This document shows, in pieces, positions 54,741 through 64,000 of a DNA stretch of 64,000 nucleotides. The DNA comes from Octopus sinensis. Taxonomy: Eukaryota. Location of the stretch: the NCBI RefSeq assembly GCF_006345805.1, contig NC_042997.1, positions 210,490,001-210,554,000 on the forward strand, given 5' to 3'. Position 1 is the first letter of the stretch; every line of letters starts with the position of its first letter. Made by a program: the position numbers and the translations under genes. The notes under the pieces are model-generated. The model did no database searches. It was not told the origin of the DNA and saw only the letters and a program-made list of their open reading frames with translations.

Positions 54741-54782
54741 TTTGAGTTCGAATTATTGTGAAAAAGCTAGGGATACAGAGGG

Positions 54783-54840
<58 letters not shown>

Positions 54841-56112
54841 GTGCTCAACTATACTGTGTAGTTGACAAAATCAAAAACAAACAACGCAAATGTGCAAAAT
54901 TAAAAATATAAAATGGCGACAATTTACCCATTGCACCCTCTGTGTGTGTGTACACCAGAGTAAGCACATAAATGTGAAACGAGGTGGAAAAAATAGTACT
55001 TGAATACCAGGGGTAGAGTAATATGCTTTTTAATAAAGTATATATATATATATATATATATATATCATCATCATCATCGTTTAATGACCGTTTTCCGCGC
55101 TAGCACGGGTTGGACGGTTCGACTGGGGTCTGGGAAGCCAGGGGCTGCACCAGGCTCCAGTCTGATCTGGCAGTGTTTCTACAGCTGGATGCCCTTCCTA
55201 ACGCCAACCACTCCGTGAGTGTAGTGGGTGCTTTTTACGCGCCACCTGCACAGGTGCCAGGGGGATCTGGCATCGGCCACGATCGGTTGGTGCTTTTAAC
55301 GTGCCACTGGCACGGAAGCCAGCCAAGGCGGCGCTGGCAACGGCCACGTTAGGATGGTGTTTTTTATGTGCCACCGGGAAAGAAGCCATATATATATATA
55401 TATTACACATAATCAAAAGTGACGATCAAGACTGGAGCACCTTTCATCCCAAGATCAGCTAAACCTGGATTGACCTAGAGCTAAACAAACAACAAAAGGA
55501 CAGAGCTTCAAGATTTTCTATTGTGAAAAGAAAGGGATACAGTTGTACCCTTTTGTGGGTGATTTACTTGAGGGTTTCCTTAGTTCCAGTGTGAGAGAGG
55601 GCTGAGGGCTGACCATAAATAAATGGAGGAGTGTAGTTCTCATTGATTTTGTCAAATGTCGAAGATAAACGATAAAGTTGGGAGGGAAATGAAACAGAAC
55701 GCCAGGTCGAGGTGGATCTTATGAAATAAATAAGTTTATCTTAATTGTTTTATATTTCCCTAATGTGTTCCAACTCAAAGTTTGTGGCCATGTTGTGGCA
55801 CTGATACAAAATGTGACCGCGTGTGTACCATTAGTAATTTTTTTTTTCCTCTGTCTTCCCTTCTCTGGATCTTTCCTTCTCCTATGTTTCCGACGAAGAG
55901 CTCCGCTCAAAATGTTAAACCCTCCTTCTTTCTTGAGCGTCCAATAATACTATATTTGTTCCATGTCCTTGCGTTGTTGTGTTTTTTTGTGCTTTCTTGT
56001 TTGGATTAACTGTGTATATATAGGGAGAGTTAACGAAAAAAACAAAAGACGAACACAGGTGGTGTACAAAACAAACAGATGTATTAGTATAACGCTCAGG
56101 AATAGAAAAAAT

Positions 56113-56148
56113 CTTTTACGTTTCGAGCCTACGCTCTTCGACAGAAAG
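56113..56148 (-). ncRNA. Hammerhead-like motif with variant core CUGUCGA
   Basis: CTTT-CTGTCGA-A-GAGC(gtag)GCTC-GAAAC-GTA-AAAG; faces a degenerate plus-strand copy at 55886-55920. Confidence 0.55.
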
Positions 56149-57247
56149 GGACACAGAAAAAAACAAAGAGAGAAACAAGGAGAGAAAAAAAATGTGTGTA
56201 GTGGCTAACGATCTATCATGGCAACTGACTTCAGACAGATGGGTCACACACGAGAGGTAAGAAGTAAGGGAGATAACAAGGTAAAGATGCCCCCCAACAT
56301 GAAGGTGCGTGTGTGTATAAGAGAGTATGTATGTGCGTGTGAAAGAGGGCTGGTGGTCTGGACATGTGCATGTATGTATGTGTAGGTGTGAAAAATGTGT
56401 GGATGGGTGTGTGGGTGGTGTGTTGTGATGTGATGTGTAATGTTTTATGTGTGTGTGTATATATATCATCATTATCATCATCATCGTTTAACGTCCGTTC
56501 TCCATGCTAGCATGGGTTGGATGGTTCGACCGGGGTTCTGGGAAGCCAGAAGGCTGCACCAGGCTCCAGTCTAATCTGGCAATGTTTCTACAGCTGGATG
56601 CCCTTCCTAACGCCAACCACTCCGTGAGTGTAGTGGGTGCTTTTTACGTGCCACCTGCACAGGTGCCAGGCGAGGCTGGCAACGGCCATGGTCGGATTGG
56701 TGTATTTTATGTGCCACCGGCACGGAAGCCAGTCGAGGCGGTGCTGGCATCGGCCACGAGTCGGATAGTGCTTTTTACGTACCACCAGACCAGGGATCCT
56801 GGCTGGTTCAATTCGATTTCGATTTTGCTTGCCCCAACATGTCTTCACAAGCAAAGGGGGTTGGCATGGGTGCCTACACACACACACGCAAAATATATAT
56901 ATAAAAGGATAAAAGGATAAAGACCCCCTTCGGTCATGAATGACCATGGGATATATATATTCTGTTGTCACTGGGGAGAGTCATTCTCTTTTAGTGCCTT
57001 ATTATTTAACACACACACACCAGTAGAATTTCCACTTATTTCTTGACTATTGAAAAGGTTGCAAGACGCAATGAAAATTTTAGGAAAATAAAAATAAGAA
57101 ATAAGTGGAAATTTTACTGGTGTGTGCGTTAAATTATAAGGCACAAAAAGAAAATGACTCTCCCCAGACACAACAGAATATGCTTCAACACACGAACTCA
57201 TATAAAGAATCTTGCAAACCAAATCCAAAAACGAAATATATATATAC

Positions 57248-57996
57248 ATCTCCTTTACGATATCTCGGCACATATTCACTTCCTGTCCCAGGTAGACATA
57301 TTCCTTTACCTCCTCTATTTCATCACTGCCGATCACCATTCGACCTGTTGGTACGTTGTCTGACCGCATGAACTTCGTTTTCATGCGGTTCATCTTGAGA
57401 CCTACTGCAGAGCTTTTGATGTCGAGCTCTGTCAGCATGGTCTGAAGCTGATCTGTGGTTTCAGCGATGAGTACAATGTAGTCAGCGAAACGGAGGTGGG
57501 TGAGGAGCCTTGCCAGTCGATCTCACGGAGAGTAAGGGCCGGATGGAAGGCGTTTAATGGCATAAGGGATGTGCTCAAGGGATAGTTGGAGAGGACCATC
57601 CGCGCCAACCTCATCAACAGTACAGTTCTGCCTGCAATGTTATATGGTAGTGAAACATGGGCTACCACAAAGAGAGGAGAGCAGAGACTGGTAACGGCTC
57701 AAAGCGCCATGGAAAGATCAATGCTTGGTATCTCGTTGAGAGAGCACATCAGTAGCGAGGTCATCAGAAAGAAGTCCGGCATGAGGGATGTCATCGCAGA
57801 GTATACACGCAACAAGTATAGATGGGCTGGACACGTCGCCCGGCTCACCGATAATCGGTGGACTCGTGCAGTTGTCGAGTGGTACCCGCTCGAGCGGAAA
57901 CGACCACCCGGAAGGCCTCTACGACGGTGGAGTTATAATTTCAGGAGGACGATTGGGATCACATGGATGAGAAAGGCACTGGTCGGTCAAGGTGAT
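57248..57996. mobile_element. RTE-clade LINE fragment with inverted 5' part
   Basis: Minus 57518-57248: ..LLTHLRFADYIVL..KMNRMKTKFM..EEVKEYVYLGQEVNMCRDIVKE. Plus 57519-57996: ISRRVRAGWKAFNGIRDVLKG*LERTIRANL..MLYGSETW..RWAGHVAR..GRPLRRW. Confidence 0.9.
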
Positions 57997-58099
57997 ATAT
58001 ATATATATAAGTTACACGTAACCTATGAATGCATCAATAAATTTCTACTGAAACATCTGCAGAAAATCTTAACCCCAATTCTGTTCTTTATATATATAT

Positions 58100-58345
58100 A
58101 TCACGTGATCACGTGACCGACCATCGCTGGTCACAATGCGTTCGCCTTCGAATGACGCCACCCCGCTGGCTACGCGAGCAGGCCAACAGAAGAAAGAGTG
58201 GTGAAAGAGTACAGCAGGGATCACCACCCCCTGCCGGAGCCTCGTAGAGATTTTAGGTGTTTTCGCTCAATAAACACTGACAACGCCCGGTCTGGGAATC
58301 GAAACCGCGATCCTGCGACCGCGAGTTATGTTAGCCTCATGAAGG
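58100..58345 (-). mobile_element. tRNA-derived SINE sharing its 3' tail with the adjacent RTE
   Basis: B-box-like GGTTTCGATTCCC; 3' end tggtcggtcacgtgatcacgtga(ta)n versus RTE end tggtcggtcaaggtga(ta)n. Confidence 0.65.
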
Positions 58346-58508
58346 GTTCAAAACTTAAAATTTTTTTTGGGGGGTGGGGGTCGGACTGATTTCCTTAAAA
58401 TAACAGGTTTGTATATAAACTGTGGTTTACATTGATGCAAAGAAAAAAGAAGAAAATGGAGATTTTAAAGTTTATAAGAGTTTATTATCAGCAACAAATT
58501 GCTCATTA

Positions 58509-58591
58509 TCCCTTACAGCTGTTTCAATTATACACAGCGAAATTAATTAAACATTAAGTTCATATTTCTGAGCATAATCTCTTCAGAGGGA
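58509..58591 (-). ncRNA. Type I hammerhead ribozyme motif with long stem II loop, apparently intact
   Basis: Minus strand: TCCCT-CTGAAGA-GATTATGC...GTATAATT-GAAA-CAGCTG-TA-AGGGA; 5-bp stem I, 8-bp stem II with wobbles, palindromic stem III, GUA triplet. Confidence 0.7.
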
Positions 58592-61186
58592 AGAAATATA
58601 TATATATACATAGGCGCAGGAGTGGCTGTGTGGTAAGTAGCTTGCTTACCAACCACATGGTTCCGGGTTCAGTCCCATTGCGTGGCACCTTAGGCAAGTG
58701 TCTTCTACTGTATATAGCCTCGGGCCGAACAAAGCCTTATGAGTGGACTTGGTAGACGGAAACTGAAAGAAGCCCGTCGTATATATGTATATGTATATAT
58801 ATATATGTGTGTATGTTTGTGTTTGTCTCCCCAACAATGCTGGTGTGTTTACGTCCCTGTAACTTAGGGGTTCGGCAAAAGACACCGACAGAATAAGTAC
58901 TAGGCTTACAAGGAATAAGTCCTGGGGTCGATTCGCTCGACTAAAGGCGGTGCTCCAGCATGGCCGCAGTCAAATGACTGAAACAAGTAAAAGAGTATAC
59001 ATAGGTAATAATAAAATATTTAATACTGGTTTCAAATTTTGGCACAAGGCCAGAGATTTCGGGGAGGGGGGGTAAATCGATTATATCGACCCTAGTGTCA
59101 ACTTTTGTGAGATACTGTTAACGGTCGTTCTACAATAATATAAGATCAACCGTTATTTATTTATTGGGACATTTGGGGATTTTTCAAATCTCGTTTTATT
59201 TGGTTTGTACCTAAAATTTCATTTCAAAATGCAAATCATGTTTTTTACTGAACCCTCGATAATACATACACACATATAAACAAAAAAAAAAACACACACA
59301 CACACACACACAAGTACACAGACGCAAAACAAGGTGGAGAATATTAGTACTCGACTACCAAAGGTAGAGTAAAATATTATAGTTTGAGAGGTCTTTTCAG
59401 CTGCAGTAAAATAATATCTATTACACACACACAGACAATTATTTCCGTGCCATAGTTTAATGTTAGTAGCTGAAGTATTTGAAGAACCTTAGTGGTAATT
59501 TGACCTATTTAAGGCAAAAAGTACCCAACAAGTTTTGATCAAAAGGAAACACATCGGACAATGTAACCACAGACACGATACCCATATTTGGAATAGCTTT
59601 TATAATCGGTTAACCAAATTACAATTGCCCTGACACGAAACAACTATTTTAGCGGCATTTTTTTAATTTAGCCGCGAGTCAAACGGGGGCCAACTCATCT
59701 ATAATCGAAAACAAACCAGTATATCTAGAATTATATCCTTATCTGATGTGTCAGCTTTTCTCTCTGACGTCACACGATGGTGCTGATTTGGCTGCTATTT
59801 CTAGCATCCAGAGCCACTGTGGTTACCAGACAGAGACTGTTACCCACTGCATCTGAGTAGAACCATGTTTTCATGGAACCTGAGGTTTTGTCTCTGCGGT
59901 TGAGAGGCCAGCTACAAATAGCAGACAACTCTCTCTTAAATCTATAAGCATCGTGAGAAAACCAGGCTTGAGAGAGAGAGAGAGAGAGAGAGCGCTAATT
60001 ATATCCTTTAAAGCGGCGAGCTGACAGACTCGCTAAGCAGGCCGTGAGCAATGCTTTATGGCATTTCGTCCGTCTTTGCGTCCCAAGTTCAAATTCCGCT
60101 GTATTCGACTTTACCTTTCATCCTTTCGGGGTCGATAAAATAAGAACCAGCTGAGCGCTAGGATCGATGTAATCGATGTACCCCCACCCCCACACACACT
60201 CAAACCGCTGGCATAATCAACTCCACACACACTCACATGTCTACAAACATTACACACTCGCATACTCTCACGTACACACCTGTAGAAGCCTGTCACAGTT
60301 CTCTGCAGACACATTATTCTCCCATCATGTATTCATTACATTTATTAGTCAACATCAACTGGTCTCGTAACCTTTTTAATGGATCTAGTCGTTCATTTTA
60401 CCTGGCTGAATATTCCTGAGATACACGTACATTTACAGTCACATCATCGAATTCATTCAATGTCAATAAGCTAATTGGCTCTCTGAATTACAGGTGCAAA
60501 TCAATTATGTAACGTTAAATAGTTGAGGATTTCAGCCTTTCCTTGTACCCTAACCGTAATCCTCGACACAGCAAGACTTGTTCCTTCAATTACTTGTAAT
60601 GTCTATTAGAAGGGGCTTTGACACGGTCCTTGGTTACCAAAATTTAGCATTCTTTTACAGTTATACACGTCTAGTGACACAGGTGTAATAGTAAAAAATT
60701 AACCCTAAATTTTACTTAATTTAAGTTGAACATAGCTACTGTCAGTGGCATTTTTCAAGGTGCCACGCAATGGACTCGAACTCGAAGCATCACGATTGAG
60801 AAGCGAACTTCTTAACCATTTGGCCATGTCTGCAACTTGTCTCTCTTCTCTCTTTCTCTCACACACGTACACGAAGAATATAGCATTCCATATATGGCAT
60901 TCCATGTATAACATTCTCTTTCTCTGTATATATGTTTTATGAGCGAAAATGCGTAAATATAATGAGACCGATTTTAATTAATGATGTAGAATATTCATAT
61001 TCACACATTTTGTTTAACGTCTTGATAAAAAAACAAAGAAAGCCCATGTGTGTTTTATGGTCAATAAAACAAAGGAAAGAGGAAAAACAAAGGCAGGCAC
61101 CTACCATATATGGCGAGATTAGAATTGGTCGATCGTGGAATTTGGCCGGATGGAAACTAGTGAAAAGTGATTGTTGCTAGACTCAC

Positions 61187-61263
61187 GTGTTTCCTTGTTT
61201 GGACGACCAGGAAGTTTGGAAACAGAAACAACACAAGCAACAAAAATAAACCAATGCTAAAAA
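61187..61263 (-). CDS. Candidate exon encoding a signal-peptide-like hydrophobic stretch (xFSIGLFLLLVLFLFPNFLVVQTRKH)
   Basis: Acceptor (t)12ggaacgaatctattcag| and donor CAC|gtgagt; 77 nt, phase 1-0, compatible with exon 30473. T-rich DNA can give hydrophobic translations by chance. Confidence 0.35.
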
Positions 61264-62402
61264 CTGAATAGATTCGTTCCAAAAAAAAAAAAGTTAAATT
61301 AAATAATTAAATAAAAGGGTTTATTAATATTTGCCTTTTTCCGAAGCTAAGACACAGCGGTTCGATTTCAGCGATCGATTTGTTTTCCCAGACAAATTAT
61401 AAAGTTCTAAGTTTAAGAAATAATAAACAGATTAAAAAATACCGGGTTTAGTCTCACAAACAAGACACATTAATAGCATTTTCTTTCACAAACTGGTATA
61501 ATAATCCACACGTGAGCATTTTGCGGAGTTAAATATATGTTTTTTCTCATGAACAGGTTTGTATCTCTGAAAAAGAATTTCCTGACAACAAACACTATTA
61601 CACATTGTTGGTTAAACTTGTAAATTAAAGTTCCGTTTTGTCAGAAGGAAAAAAGAGCGAATTCGTAATCAAAGGCAAACATCGTTACATATGGCACATT
61701 TTTCCGTGACGTTAGCATAAAATATTAATAACAAACCACCCTCGGTGATTCATCATGTCTTTTGTATTTGGTCCTGCGAGGAATAGGTAAAGATGGTCCA
61801 TCCTTTGTCCGATCTACGTAAGTTTAACTTGGCTTAGGTAACAAAACAATACTTCTGACACAAAGTAGTAACATTCGCGGTTTTGATTTAACGCGCACTT
61901 TCTCTCTCTCTCTCTCTTCCTCCCTACCACCGCCACCATCTCCACCACCACCACCAACACATTATGTTGTGTTCAGTCAACTGTGAAACGAAACAAAAGA
62001 AAAAAACAACAACAAAAGTGAATTAAATAGAGCGTGGATTACAAGACAAACAACCGCAGGAGTCTTTCAACGTGCTAGAAATAACAGTAAGCTTTAATTC
62101 AAACCTTACCGACTTAACAATAAATTGTATTTTTACCTCAAATTACAATGAAATGATATAACATTTATATACGATACCTGATACATGACAGGTTAGTTAG
62201 GAGTGGAACGGGTTTTTTTTAATATTATTTTTATTAAGCGTGCCCAACCAGGACAGGACAAAACGACAGCTGCAACGAAGAGTGTACATAGAAACACTCA
62301 ATATGCTAGAAATAGCAGCCAAATTTCCCTAAAATCACAGCTTAGTGTTTTGAAAATACTTTAAGTTTGAGGAGGGACAGCGCCCATGTCCGTCTTACCT
62401 AC

Positions 62403-62478
62403 CTAGACCCTCTCGACAAGTGAGATTATCGCCAGTTAAACTACAGCTGCTACATCGTGAAGGGTGGAATGGTGAGTG
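62403..62478 (-). other. Candidate 5' exon (UTR, or coding HSPFHPSRCSSCSLTGDNLTCREGL)
   Basis: Pyrimidine-rich acceptor ...ttgatttcag| and two donors (|gtaggt at 62402, |gtaaga at 62398); one open frame, ending in phase 1 at the first donor. Confidence 0.25.
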
Positions 62479-63049
62479 CTGAAATCAACTCCGAGTATCA
62501 GGGGAAAGGACAAAATGAGAGAGAGAGAGAGAGAGAGAATGGTGTTTGTGGATTCGCGGCAGCAGTGAGTGATTCGATGCCAATTAGCCGGGATGGCCAT
62601 CCCTTGCATGTGGACTAATGTTGTAGCATTGCCTAAAATGTGAGAACATTGTTCCAGGGTTTCGCCAAAGCTCCTGTAAAGGGCTAGCGGTTTATCCGTC
62701 CAATGACGGATAATCCAGAAAGAATACTTTTGCCACTATGGGTATTATCAGGAAATCTGGCAGAAATAAAATAATTATCATTTTAACTTTTAAATAAAAT
62801 TTCTCAATGTTTATACAAAATCATGAAATTCTTTTATTCTTTGATTTGTTTCAGTCATTTCACTGCGGCCATGCTGGAGCACCGCCTTTAGTCGAGCAAA
62901 TCGACCCTACGACTTATTCGTTGTAAGCCTAGTACTTATTCTATCGGTCTCTTTTGCTGAACCGCTAGATTACAGGGACGTAAACAAACCAGCATCGGTT
63001 GTCAAGCGATGCTGGGAGAACAAACTCAGACACAACACACACACACACA

Positions 63050-64000
63050 TCATCATCATCATCGTTTAACGTCCGCTTTCCATGCTGGCATGGGTTGGAC
63101 GGTTTGATTGAGGTCTGGAGAGCCAGATGGCTGCACCAGGCTCCAATCTGATTTGGCAATGTTTCGACAGCTAGATGCCCTTCCTAACGCCAACCACTTC
63201 AAGAGAGTAGTGGGTACTTTTTACGTGCCACCGGCACAGGCGGGTCTGGCATCGATCATGTTCATATAGTGCTTTTTACGTGCCACCGGCACGGGAGTCA
63301 GTCAAGCGGACCTGGTATCGACCACGTTCAGATTATGCATTTTACGTGCAACCAGCAGGGAAGCCAGTCAGAGGCCACTTACCACAGCTACGGTATTGGT
63401 TTTACTTGACTCAACAGGTCTTCTCAGGCATATCATATCGCCCGACGTATCAAAGGTACTCTTAACTGGGCCGGACATGCATGGCTGCCATCTCACTTTA
63501 GTTGTTGGGTATTTTCAATCACAGCGTATCTCCAAAGATATCGGTATCTTGTTATTACCTTTGTGAGACCCAATGTTCGAAGGTCATGCTTCACCACATC
63601 ATCCCATGTCTTCCTGGGTCTACCTCTTCCACAGGTTCCTTCCACAGTTAGGGAGTGACATTTCCTAGGCAGCTGCCCTCATCCATACGCAACACATGAC
63701 CATACCAGCGCAGTCACTTCTCTTGTACACCTCCAGTTTTCGCATTGACCACCAGATAAGAGATCGGGGGACCCTGTCAAAGGCTTTCTCCAAGTCAACA
63801 AATGTCAAGTACAGAGGTTTATCTTTGGTTAGGTATTTCTCCTGCTGTTGCCTTACCAGAAATATAGCATCAGTGGTGCTTCTGCCTGGCACAAAACCAA
63901 ATTGCATCTCATCTAGGCTAACCCTCTCCCTAATTAGTTGGGCTATGACCCTCTCTGTAACTTTCATCACTTGATCCAGTAATTTGATACCTCTGTAGTT
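63050..64000 (-). mobile_element. RTE-clade LINE 3' part (RT, internal deletion, 3' UTR with tandem units, (ATG)n tail)
   Basis: KVTERVIAQLIRERVSLDEMQFGFVPGRSTTDAIF..FVDLEKAFDRVPR..MRKL jumps directly to ..LRWYGHVLRMDE..GRGRPRKTWDDVV; runs off the right edge. Confidence 0.9.

Larger units (their letters stand above)
60400..62800. promoter_or_regulatory. Largely unique, CpG-retaining region; possible 5'/regulatory region
   Basis: By eye, CpG is far more frequent here than in unique sequence at 0-55 kb; few SINEs; contains candidate 5' exons. Not quantified. Confidence 0.35.

Noticed and set aside
1482-63050. Orientation bias of SINE family A (about 15 minus versus 7 plus)
   Set aside because: Counts are too small to distinguish from chance.

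Overview
Eukaryotic, repeat-rich DNA with the interspersed-repeat repertoire of an octopus (coleoid cephalopod) genome. The species assignment is inferred from recalled SINE families, not from a search. No bacterial operon or CRISPR array is present. Most of the window appears to be intronic sequence of a minus-strand gene for a single-pass membrane protein. Three phase-compatible exons (6668-6504, 2862-2740, 243-110) encode a 4-Cys LDLa-like motif, a TM helix and a cytoplasmic PPPPYEEV (PY) motif; weaker upstream exon candidates lie at 30473-30350, 61263-61187 and 62478-62403. The remainder consists of tRNA-derived SINEs, RTE and R4/Dong LINE fragments, Penelope-like remnants, foldback elements and long microsatellites. 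The most unusual signals are: (1) several minimal hammerhead-ribozyme motifs, two apparently intact (10040-10084 +, 58509-58591 -); (2) a recurrent palindromic element made of two head-to-head tRNA-like heads, each followed by a hammerhead-bearing tail (3 copies); (3) a 1.95-kb unit bounded by perfect 89-bp inverted repeats that contains an open Penelope GIY-YIG frame and an unidentified decayed ORF; (4) a twin-priming-type 5' inversion in an RTE LINE, next to a SINE that shares its 3' tail. All coordinates were read by hand; repeat boundaries are approximate.
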